A program made the translations under genes and the position numbers. This document shows, one piece after another, positions 19,846 to 28,543 of a stretch of 64,000 bases of DNA (positions are counted from its first letter, which is position 1; each line of letters starts with the position of its first letter). The DNA comes from Bacteroidia bacterium. GTDB taxonomy: Bacteria; Bacteroidota; Bacteroidia; UBA7662. The notes under the pieces are model-generated. The model was not told the DNA's origin, did not search any database, and saw only the letters and a program-made list of their open reading frames with translations. The stretch spans positions 40,319-104,318 of the forward strand of contig JBKBSO010000010.1 in the NCBI GenBank assembly GCA_046291695.1. Reading direction: 5' to 3'.

Positions 19846-20455
19846 AATGTATTGCATCATAGCCATTCATATGTAAAAAGCTTCTACTCCGCACATGCCA
19901 GCCGCGGTCTGCGGTCTAATCGCCGTATTGCATGGATGTCGTTCATATGCCCAAAGCTTCAAATCCGCACAAACCAGCCGTGGTCTGCGGTCCGCGGTCT
20001 AATCGCCGTATTGCATGGATGCCGTTCATATGCCCAAGGCTTCAAATCCGCACCAGCCAGCCGTGGTCTGCGGTCCGCGGTCCAAATGACGTATTGCATG
20101 GATGTCGTTCATATGGAAAAAGCTTCAAATCCGCACAAACCAGCCGTGGTCTGCGGTCTAATCGCCGTATTGCATGGATGCCGTTTATATGGAAAAAGCT
20201 TCAAATCCGCACAAACCAGCCGTGGTCTGCGGTCCGCGAATCGCCGTATTGCATGGATGCCGTTCATATGGAAAAAGCTTCAAATCCGCACAAACCAGCC
20301 GTGGTCTGCGGTCCGCGGTCCAAATGCCGTATTGCATCGAAGCCGTTCATATGGAAAAAGCTTCTACTCCGCACCAGCCAGCTGCGGTCTGCGGTCTAAT
20401 CGCCGTATTGCATGGATGCCGTTCATATGCCCAAGGCTTCAAACCCGCACCGGCT
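19846..20455. repeat. Tandem repeat array 2, about 8 copies of the 76-83 bp unit (minisatellite)
   Basis: Measured periods are 83, 83, 76, 79, 83 and 76 bp. The length difference comes from a 7-bp GCGGTCC indel. Each unit has a conserved half containing CATATG and a variable half present in two or three sequence variants. Confidence 0.8.
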
Positions 20456-20597
20456 AGCATCGCCCCGCGTTCCGTGCTGTTACGGATGCCGGCGGCGACT
20501 GTGGAAAATTCGGGCAAAAACAGCCGGCTTAACATTGCTTTTAAACCTTGTATTTGGGTGATAATTATTACTTTTACCCCCCTCAACATTTAATATT

Positions 20598-23156
20598 ATG
20601 CAAGCTAAGAACAACGATCCGGTTTGGAAGCGCGTTTTGGTGCGATCGGAAGTTCCCAAACAATTAGAACCCCTGCGAACTTTAGCGCAGAATTTATGGT
20701 GGTCGTGGAATTATCGCGCCATCGAACTTTTTGAATCTATAGATCCACTCATGTGGGAACGCTCGCAGCATAACCCCGTTTCGCTCCTCGAAAGCCTCGA
20801 TTTCGATCAATACCAGGCACTCATCAACAACAAGGGTTTTATGGCCAATATGCAGGCTGTACTCAAGGAGTTTGAAGCGTATATGAATACTCCAAAAGTT
20901 GCCAAAACCGCCAAAGTGGCCTATTTCTGTATGGAATACGGGCTGCATTCGGTAATCAAACTCTACTCTGGTGGTTTGGGGGTTTTGGCCGGCGATTACC
21001 TCAAAGAGGCTTCTGACTGTAACTCCGACATGGTAGCCATCGGTTTGCTCTACCGTTATGGTTACTTCAAACAAAGCCTTTCGCCCCATGGGGAGCAGGT
21101 GGCCAATTACAAGCCACAAAAATTCAGCTACCTGCCGGTACTTCCGGTGAAAGACAAGGATGGCAACTGGGTTAAAATCAACATTCAGCTCCCCGGCCGT
21201 ACTTTGCACGCCAAAATCTGGAAAATTCAGGTTGGTCGCGTGCCTTTGTACCTGCTCGATACCGATTTGGAAGAAAACCAGGAAGGCGACCGCAGCATCT
21301 CGCATCAGCTGTATGGTGGCGATTGGGAGAACCGACTGAAACAGGAAATCCTGCTTGGTATAGGTGGTGTAAAAGCCCTCGATGCTTTGGGTATTCAACC
21401 TGAGATTTGCCATATGAATGAAGGCCACGCGGCCTTCACCGGCCTGGAGCGGGTGAAAAAGCTGGTGCAGGAACAAGGCCTCAGCTTCCACCAGGCGGTA
21501 GAAGTGGTGAAATCATCGTCGCTCTTTACCACGCACACACCGGTACCGGCCGGACACGATGCCTTCAACGAAGATTTGCTCAAAACCTACCTCTACAACT
21601 ATTCCGAAATCTTCCAAATCAGCTGGGACAAGTTTATGGCCCTCGGCCGTATTCATGAGTTTGCACACGAGGAGCTTTTTTCGATGAGCCACCTGGCAGC
21701 TCGTTTGAGCCAAGAAATTAACGGGGTAAGCCGCATCCACGGGCGGGTGTCGCGCGAGATGCTACAGCCACTCTGGCCGGGCTTCGAGGAAGATGAACTG
21801 CATGTGGATTATGTAACCAACGGGGTGCATTATTACACCTGGACCAGCATCGCCTTCCAGAAGTTGTATGAAAAGCATTTCGGCAAAAATTTCCACCTCG
21901 ACCAAAGCAATACCAAACATTGGGAAAAAATCCACAAAGTACCCGATGATGAAATTTGGGAAACCCGATTGAGCCTCAAACGTCGACTCATTGAGTCGGT
22001 TACCAAAAAGCTGCAGCGCGATTTAACCCTGCGGCAGGAGAGTCCCGGTAAGATTCTAAATGTAGTTAACAGCCTCAATGAAAATGCCCTGATCATTGGC
22101 TTTGCCCGACGTTTTGCGACCTATAAGCGTGCACATTTGCTTTTCTCGAACCTCGACCGTTTAAGTAAAATGGTGAATAATGCCGATCGCCCTGTGCAAT
22201 TTATTTTTGCAGGGAAAGCGCATCCTGCCGACCAAGGGGGTCAAGCACTTATCAAGCGCATCATCGAGGTAGCGCAGATGCCTGAATTTGCCGGTAAAAT
22301 TTTCTTCCTCGAAAATTATGATATGGCCCTGGCGCGCCGCTTGGTGCATGGGGTTGACGTATGGTTGAATACGCCTACCCGTCCACTTGAAGCTTCAGGA
22401 ACCTCAGGCATGAAGGCCACCATGAATGGCGTGCTCAATTTGAGCGTGCTCGATGGCTGGTGGGCCGAAGGATATATTCCTGAAGGAGGCTGGGCCTTGC
22501 CCGAAGAGCAAACCTATGTGAACAAAGACTTCCAGGATGAGCTCGATGCCGAAACCCTGTACAACATTATCGAAACCCAGGTGGTGCCCGACTATTTTAG
22601 CCGCAACGAAAGCGGGATGTCGCCGGCATGGATGAGCCGCATTCGCCATACCATCGCTGGCATAGCGCCGCATTTCACCATGAAACGCATGCTCGACGAA
22701 TATTACAGCAAGTTCTACAATAAGCTGCAGGGTCGTGCAAACCTGATTTCATCCAAGTCGTATGCCAATGCCAAAGCCCTGGCCGACTGGAAAGCCAAGG
22801 TGTACTTTGGTTGGGATGGCATTCAGGTAATGGCCATCGACACTTTCGATACCTTTAACAATGCGCTACAGTTGGGTGAAAATTTCAATGGCAAAATCAC
22901 CTTGGAACTCAATCAACTAAGCAAAGACGACATTTCGCTGGAGGTGATTGTTGCTGAAAAGCAAGGTATTGAAGAGAAGCATGTGATTGTTCACCGCGAA
23001 GAAGTAAAAGCCAGCAAATCGTCGGGGAACCGGGTGATGTATGAACTCAATCTACCCATGAACCGCTCGGGGGTGTTCGATTATGGCTTCCGTATTACGC
23101 CGAAAAACAAATTGCTGGCCTACCGCCACGATTTTAACCTGGTGCGCTGGATTTAA
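20598..23156 (+). CDS. glgP: Alpha-glucan (glycogen/maltodextrin) phosphorylase, GT35 family with N-terminal DUF3417
   Basis: 852 aa. YFCMEYGL...GGLGVLAGD near the N-terminus and the pyridoxal-phosphate site GTSGMKATMNG. Confidence 0.85.
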   Translation: MQAKNNDPVWKRVLVRSEVPKQLEPLRTLAQNLWWSWNYRAIELFESIDPLMWERSQHNPVSLLESLDFDQYQALINNKGFMANMQAVLKEFEAYMNTPKVAKTAKVAYFCMEYGLHSVIKLYSGGLGVLAGDYLKEASDCNSDMVAIGLLYRYGYFKQSLSPHGEQVANYKPQKFSYLPVLPVKDKDGNWVKINIQLPGRTLHAKIWKIQVGRVPLYLLDTDLEENQEGDRSISHQLYGGDWENRLKQEILLGIGGVKALDALGIQPEICHMNEGHAAFTGLERVKKLVQEQGLSFHQAVEVVKSSSLFTTHTPVPAGHDAFNEDLLKTYLYNYSEIFQISWDKFMALGRIHEFAHEELFSMSHLAARLSQEINGVSRIHGRVSREMLQPLWPGFEEDELHVDYVTNGVHYYTWTSIAFQKLYEKHFGKNFHLDQSNTKHWEKIHKVPDDEIWETRLSLKRRLIESVTKKLQRDLTLRQESPGKILNVVNSLNENALIIGFARRFATYKRAHLLFSNLDRLSKMVNNADRPVQFIFAGKAHPADQGGQALIKRIIEVAQMPEFAGKIFFLENYDMALARRLVHGVDVWLNTPTRPLEASGTSGMKATMNGVLNLSVLDGWWAEGYIPEGGWALPEEQTYVNKDFQDELDAETLYNIIETQVVPDYFSRNESGMSPAWMSRIRHTIAGIAPHFTMKRMLDEYYSKFYNKLQGRANLISSKSYANAKALADWKAKVYFGWDGIQVMAIDTFDTFNNALQLGENFNGKITLELNQLSKDDISLEVIVAEKQGIEEKHVIVHREEVKASKSSGNRVMYELNLPMNRSGVFDYGFRITPKNKLLAYRHDFNLVRWI

Positions 23157-23411
23157 GCAGCGCCCAGGGCCTAAGTGGGATTCGAGGCGGGTGAGTCATT
23201 AAAGTGCTTTAATACAGCTCGTTGTGGCTTAACCGCAGAGGGGCTCTTTTTCCGTTGATCAGCAGTCACCTATCCGACTACTGAACTGCATAAACCAGCA
23301 TGGAATCAGTGCAGGCCCCAGCGACAGCCAGGCGCGAGGCAACGGAGCCTTTTGCCTCATAAGCTTCACTTATTCGTCGGAAGCCGCAGAGGCCGATTCT
23401 CTGCGCCCTCC

Positions 23412-23506
23412 GCTGGAAATGCGAAGCATGCCCCAGCAAAAGGCTCCGTTATCTCGCGGCCAGCCGAAGTTGCCAGTAGCACTTACAAGAAAGCTGTTCA
23501 AATGCG
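23412..23506 (+). promoter_or_regulatory. Conserved ~95-nt bipartite upstream element, copy 1. Box A is GCTGGAAATGCGAAGCAT..GCAAAAGGCTCCG and box B is TGCCAGTAGCACTTACAAGAAAGC.GTTCAA.
   Basis: Similar elements occur at 40555..40650 on the plus strand and 43468..43560 on the minus strand. This copy lies about 200 bp upstream of the 23706 gene and in its orientation. Confidence 0.4.
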
Positions 23507-23705
23507 CTAGGCTGCAAGCTACGGAAGTGGCTGTTCTACGTTACAAATTCCTCTGCATCTCTGCGGTAAAAACCCGCCGCCGGAGGCCGCCGAAGCCGAT
23601 ACTCCGCGCTTAAACCCCTATGCCAGAAATTAGCATCTTTAGCCACAAGAAAGCCTTAATTTAACAGCCGCAATTCGCAATTATACTCCACCAAATACGC
23701 CTCTC

Positions 23706-24050
23706 ATGTCTATTGTCAACGAATTTAACAGCTACCGCGCCCGCATGAATGAGCGCCTGCTCGTAGGAAAGAACAAAACCATCCAAAAGATTTACAATGC
23801 CGATGCCACCGCTTATCAAGATGGGGCTTTAGATGCCAAAACCAAGGAAATGCTGGGTTTGGTGGCCTCTATGGTGTTGCGCTGCGACGACTGCATCCGC
23901 TATCATGTGCAGGAATGCTACCGATTAGGCATTACCGAAGCGCAACTGCTTGAGGTTATCGGCATTGCCAATTTGGTGGGCGGCACCATCGTGATTCCGC
24001 ACAGCCGCAGGGCCATGGAGTTTTGGGATGCTTTGCAGGGAGAGGCTTAA
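23706..24050 (+). CDS. Carboxymuconolactone decarboxylase / AhpD-like family protein
   Basis: 114 aa with the AhpD-core CxxC-H motif (LRCDDCIRYHV). Confidence 0.7.
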   Translation: MSIVNEFNSYRARMNERLLVGKNKTIQKIYNADATAYQDGALDAKTKEMLGLVASMVLRCDDCIRYHVQECYRLGITEAQLLEVIGIANLVGGTIVIPHSRRAMEFWDALQGEA

Positions 24051-27022
24051 CGAATTAAGCGCACCGGGAAATCGCGCTCGATGGTTCGATCGCCACAAAA
24101 ACGTGCTTTGAGGCGCACCACGTAATCGCCCGACTCTACCAAGGCGGTACCGCTGCTGTTTTCGCCTCCCCAGCCTGTAACCGGATTGTTGGTGGTGAAA
24201 ATGTGCTGCCCCCAGCGGTTAAATACTTTGAGCTCAAAACTGTCGAAATCCTCACTTGGGAGCACCAAGCGGTCGTTTTTGCCATCGCCATTGGGGGTGA
24301 TTACATTGGTGGTTTCGCCAAAACAGCTCACCACAATCAGCCGTATGCTGTCTTCGCCTTCACAGCCATTCAAATCAGTCAACTCCAGTTTATACTGACC
24401 ACTTTCGGTGGGGAGCAGCTCGCGCTCGTTGCCTTGTACCGGCCCCAGCCAATTGTAGCTTTGCCCTTCGATATTCGAGCGAAGGAGCCAATTGTCTTCG
24501 CTGCACACGCAGGTATCGGGCGGGAGTTGTACTTCGGGTGGACCAAAAACCGTTACGGTTCGGCTCAGCGTATCGAAGCCATTGCAGGCATCGGGAGAAC
24601 TTATGCGTAAATTGATACGATAGGTCCCTGGTTCGGGGAAAGTAAAAACAGGATTTTGGGCTGTACTGCTTTGTCCGTCATTCACAGTCCATTCCCAGCT
24701 GGTATTGGCTACCACCCGGCTAAAATCTTCCATCTGTAGGCTAAGGGGTGCGCAATAGGTAGGTGGGTCTTGCCAGCCGAATAGCGCGCCTAAACCACTT
24801 TCGAGCTGAAAAGCCAATTTCACCGCCGCCATATTGCACCTCGTACTGCCATTGCTGGTAGCCCAAGCGCCGGGGGTAACCGGCAAATCGGAATTGCCGT
24901 GACAACCCGCGCAGATGGCCTGATACATCACCCCCCTTTTGTCGAAGCGACTGGTGCCGCCATCAACATGTTCCGGACTTTGGCTGCCCCCAAAATAGGT
25001 GGCGTACTGCAAGGTGAGCATATTGGGCGAAAAGGCTGCAAAGTAAAAATCGAAGCTATCGGTAGTGGTTTGAAAGGCGTTGTTGGTGAGTTGCAAATTG
25101 GTGGGGCCACGCCTTCCATCAACTTGCCGGCCGGTCCAGCCCGAAACGTAGATATTTCGGCACAAGTCCACCACAAATGCCGATAAACTCATATCGGGTT
25201 GGCGCGATCGGCTTCCAAAACGACCCAGCCAGCGCAACACACCCAATTGCGGACTCATACAGCCGATGTACTGCCCGGAATTGGGGTCGTTATAATTGGT
25301 GTTGAGGGTAACCAGATTGCTGTCGGTTTGGCCTGCAAAGTATACATCACCATTGCTGTGGATGTCGATGAAAAATATTTGATCGTAGCCCGGAGAGCCC
25401 AAAAAAGTACCGGTAATGCCTTGTCCGCTGTTGGCATCAAGGCGTAAGATCATCCCGTCTACTCCGCCGGCATGGGTCATTTGATACCCCAGCCCCGGTA
25501 AAGTCAGATTGGTGCTGTTGGTTCCTCCGGCCACCACCACTTCGCCCGAACCTCCTTCTTTAATGCTGAATAGCGCATCAATGCTGCTTCCGCCTACATA
25601 GCTGGCCCACCTTAATTGGCTGAGCGAGGAATTAAACCTTGCCACCAATCCATCTGTTAAACCACCCCCATAATTGGGTTGAAAAGTGCCAGCTGTTCCC
25701 AGGCCCGATGACTGTGTGGTGCTGGCCAGCAGCAGGTCGCCATTGCTGGCTATCACAATATCACCCCGGTATTCATCGGGCGAATCCCAGCGTGTAGGAC
25801 CACCTATATTGAGGCCGTCGGCCTGGGGCCCGCCAAAAAAACTGCCTGCCAGCAAACTGCTGCCATCGCTGCTAAGCTTGCTGATAAAAATATCGTAGTT
25901 TCCTGCAATGCTGCTTTGGTGGGCCGAGCTGGGCATAGGGAAATTCAAGCTGTTGGTAGCGCCCATAATGAGCAAATTACCATCGGCATCGGTAATCAGG
26001 CTGTGGGGCCGTTCAATCCGGTCGCCCCCCAAAAAAGTGGCATAGAGCAAATTGGTGCCCAGCGGATCGAACTTCATGATGGCGATGTCGAAATTTAGCG
26101 TGGCACCATCAAAACGATTACCGGCGAAAGTATCGATATAGGCTCCGGTGGTAATCGGGAAATCTGGACCGAACACAATGCCACCCAAAAACATATTGGC
26201 CCCTACATCGGTGCAGGCCGTAAAACCAAAATTATCGCTCTGCCCGCCTGAATAGGTTGAAAACACCAGGGTAGGGTCGATGGTGAGCGGGCGGCTTTTG
26301 TCGTAACTTTTGGGGAACTCAAAGCTGATTACACCCTGCTGCAGCACAAAGCGGCAGGGCACCTCCTCCTTCCGCCCGGCAATAAGCTGCCAAGCATACG
26401 GCACTTCTTCGTAATAATAACCCAGACTGGTACTCACCCGCAAACGGCCATCTACCAACTCCAGCTTATCGCCTCCGGTATAGCGCACTTTAATTTGGGC
26501 AGGAGCGGCCCCGGCGGCTACCACAAAATCGTATTTGAGCTGATGATCAGCACTGTACCAAAGCATATCGATACCATCGTATAAATTGGTGTACAGCAGT
26601 TGTTGACTGCCTTTTACGCTGGCCTTTCGGTCGCCCAAAAAATAATTGTACTTAGTTTTGGGCACTTCGCCATGGGCCGTTGGCTTTACGGTATGTGCCC
26701 CGGGAAAGTCGATACGTAACGCATGTTGTTTGAGCAGCACAGCTGTTTCAGCCGTGGTGCTACGATGGCTCAATTGGTGCACGGCATGGGCATCGTACAT
26801 GGCTATGCGCAATTCCGATGGCAGAAAAAACACCGCTGCATTGCCCACATTGGCCTGAAACAACTGTGGCCCTTCCCACTGGCCGGCATTGGGAATAAAT
26901 ACCAGAGGTGCATCGTCCGCTACTGCCCAGTTACCGTTGAACAAACAAAGCCAAATGGCTAATACAAAGGATGCAACCAACTTCATAAGCTTCGAAATTG
27001 CGAAAAAAATGCGGACTTGCAC
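24047..27022 (-). CDS. Large secreted beta-propeller (SBBP-like repeats) protein with a T9SS type B C-terminal sorting domain
   Basis: Signal peptide present. The C-terminus carries ...VITPNGDGKNDRLVLP...VFNRWGQHIF, the hallmark of the type B CTD. Confidence 0.7.
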   Translation of the reverse strand: MQVRIFFAISKLMKLVASFVLAIWLCLFNGNWAVADDAPLVFIPNAGQWEGPQLFQANVGNAAVFFLPSELRIAMYDAHAVHQLSHRSTTAETAVLLKQHALRIDFPGAHTVKPTAHGEVPKTKYNYFLGDRKASVKGSQQLLYTNLYDGIDMLWYSADHQLKYDFVVAAGAAPAQIKVRYTGGDKLELVDGRLRVSTSLGYYYEEVPYAWQLIAGRKEEVPCRFVLQQGVISFEFPKSYDKSRPLTIDPTLVFSTYSGGQSDNFGFTACTDVGANMFLGGIVFGPDFPITTGAYIDTFAGNRFDGATLNFDIAIMKFDPLGTNLLYATFLGGDRIERPHSLITDADGNLLIMGATNSLNFPMPSSAHQSSIAGNYDIFISKLSSDGSSLLAGSFFGGPQADGLNIGGPTRWDSPDEYRGDIVIASNGDLLLASTTQSSGLGTAGTFQPNYGGGLTDGLVARFNSSLSQLRWASYVGGSSIDALFSIKEGGSGEVVVAGGTNSTNLTLPGLGYQMTHAGGVDGMILRLDANSGQGITGTFLGSPGYDQIFFIDIHSNGDVYFAGQTDSNLVTLNTNYNDPNSGQYIGCMSPQLGVLRWLGRFGSRSRQPDMSLSAFVVDLCRNIYVSGWTGRQVDGRRGPTNLQLTNNAFQTTTDSFDFYFAAFSPNMLTLQYATYFGGSQSPEHVDGGTSRFDKRGVMYQAICAGCHGNSDLPVTPGAWATSNGSTRCNMAAVKLAFQLESGLGALFGWQDPPTYCAPLSLQMEDFSRVVANTSWEWTVNDGQSSTAQNPVFTFPEPGTYRINLRISSPDACNGFDTLSRTVTVFGPPEVQLPPDTCVCSEDNWLLRSNIEGQSYNWLGPVQGNERELLPTESGQYKLELTDLNGCEGEDSIRLIVVSCFGETTNVITPNGDGKNDRLVLPSEDFDSFELKVFNRWGQHIFTTNNPVTGWGGENSSGTALVESGDYVVRLKARFCGDRTIERDFPVRLIR

Positions 27023-27114
27023 CTAATTATAGGTGTTAATATTTTCCAAATATCCCGGCTGTTAGTTGAAATCTGAGTGGCAATCCTAAATTTGTACTGA
27101 TTACCCGCATACTT

Positions 27115-28542
27115 ATGAAAAAAATAACCCTTTTGTTGCTGCTGTTAACCTTGCTGTTTTCAGGCGCGCATGCACAACAAAACAACGAAGCCTGGACCCT
27201 GGAGCGCTGCATCAAACATGCCATGCGGTACAACCTCAATGTGTTGCAAACCGCTGCCCAATTGAACAATGCCGAAGCCGATCTGCTGCAGGCCCGTATG
27301 AACCGGGTCCCGACCTTAAATGCCAATACCAACCTTGGGCTGAATACCGGTCGTGTGATCGATCCTTTCACCAACACCTTCGACGAAAGGAGCATCGAGT
27401 CGAATCAGTTGGGCGCGCAAGCCGGTCTTACGCTCTTCAATGGCTTTCAGATCAATAATAACATCAAGGCAAATAAAATGGCCTTTATGGCCAGTCAGCA
27501 AGAGCTGGAAGTAACCAAAAACAACATCGCCCTGAGCGTGGCCAATTTGTATCTGCAGGCCTTACTGGCGCAGCAATTGCTCGAAGTGGCCGAAAATCAG
27601 CTTGAAATCACCCGCACCCAGGTCGATCGTACCGATCGGCTGGTGAATGCCGGCGCGCTTAGCCTCGATAACCTGCTGAACCTGAAAGCACAACTGGGGA
27701 ATGAAGAAGTGAACGTAATCAATGCACGTAACAACTTCATCAACAGCCTGGTGAACCTGGCTTTATTGCTCCAGCTGCCGGAGCCCGAAAATTTCGCCAT
27801 TGTGCCAGTGAGCAGGCTCGATCCGGGCATTAAGCTCGAAGCCGATATTCAGGGGGTGTACAGTTCGGCTGAATCTACACAGCCGCAAATCAGGGCCGCC
27901 GAACTCCGCCAACTGCAGGCCCGCCACAGCCTGGCCGCAGCCAAAGGCGCCCGCTCTCCCCGCTTGAGCGCCTTTGCCAATATGAGCACCGTATATGCCA
28001 GCACCAACCAACGTTTTACAAACGAGCGTATTATAGGTGAAATGCCTATCGGCTTTGTGCAAGGCACCAACGATATTGTGGTTAGGCCGCTCATTGCCGG
28101 CGATGCCGAGATTGTGCCCCGACTTACGCAGTTCAACAACAACTTTGGTTATGGAGTAGGGCTTAGCCTCAATATACCCATCCTGAACAACTGGCAGGTA
28201 AATACCCAAATCCGACGCGCTAAAAACAGCCTTCAGTTGAGCGAGTTGCAGTACGAAACCACCAAAAACCAGCTGTTTACCGACGTAGCCCGGGCCGTAA
28301 CCGACTATAAGGCTGCCTGGACCCGCATGCAGGCCAATCAAAAAAACATCGAAGCCCAACGCGAGAGCTTTAAGTTTAGCGAAGCGCGCTTCAACCAGGG
28401 CTTGCTGAATGCAGTAGAATACCTCAATACCAAAAATCGCTTGCAAATCGCAGAGTCGAATTTACTCCAAGCGCAATATGAGCTTTTATTCCGGGCAAAA
28501 ATCCTCGACTTTTACCTCGGTAAACCCATTGTCCTCGAATAA
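27115..28542 (+). CDS. TolC-family outer membrane efflux protein
   Basis: Signal peptide, 475 aa, with two tandem coiled-coil and beta repeats typical of the outer membrane factor family. Confidence 0.8.
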   Translation: MKKITLLLLLLTLLFSGAHAQQNNEAWTLERCIKHAMRYNLNVLQTAAQLNNAEADLLQARMNRVPTLNANTNLGLNTGRVIDPFTNTFDERSIESNQLGAQAGLTLFNGFQINNNIKANKMAFMASQQELEVTKNNIALSVANLYLQALLAQQLLEVAENQLEITRTQVDRTDRLVNAGALSLDNLLNLKAQLGNEEVNVINARNNFINSLVNLALLLQLPEPENFAIVPVSRLDPGIKLEADIQGVYSSAESTQPQIRAAELRQLQARHSLAAAKGARSPRLSAFANMSTVYASTNQRFTNERIIGEMPIGFVQGTNDIVVRPLIAGDAEIVPRLTQFNNNFGYGVGLSLNIPILNNWQVNTQIRRAKNSLQLSELQYETTKNQLFTDVARAVTDYKAAWTRMQANQKNIEAQRESFKFSEARFNQGLLNAVEYLNTKNRLQIAESNLLQAQYELLFRAKILDFYLGKPIVLE

Positions 28543-28543
28543 C

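Noticed and set aside
19846-20455. CRISPR array: constant ~29-nt segment alternating with ~47-54-nt segments, period 76-83 bp
   Set aside because: The supposed spacers are homologous to one another, with two or three variants reused. No cas genes or leader are nearby. The constant half lacks typical CRISPR repeat features. I classify it as a minisatellite.
19804-20593. Called ORFs 19804..20457, 19932..20399 and 20174..20593 on the plus strand, plus 18070..18375 and 18120..18326
   Set aside because: They lie entirely inside the tandem repeats. They overlap each other in all three frames. The unit length is not a multiple of 3, so the encoded repeats drift between frames. These are artifacts of a stop-poor repeat unit.
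18093-20597. Chromosomal integron-like cassette array, with the R copies as attC sites
   Set aside because: There is no intI. The R copies are about 230 bp long and lack the R''-L''/L'-R' inverted core structure of attC sites. The layout is direct repeats flanking one cassette.
23160-23705. tmRNA, RNase P RNA or SRP RNA in the long glgP 3' spacer
   Set aside because: No match was found to the conserved cores of those RNAs: the tmRNA 5' acceptor/T-arm and tag reading frame, the RNase P P4 sequences, and the SRP domain IV GNRA motif.
28478-28543. Upstream start of the HlyD-family adaptor as called
   Set aside because: It overlaps the TolC 3' end. The ATG at 28544 sits 2 nt after the TolC stop and yields a normal N-terminal TM anchor.
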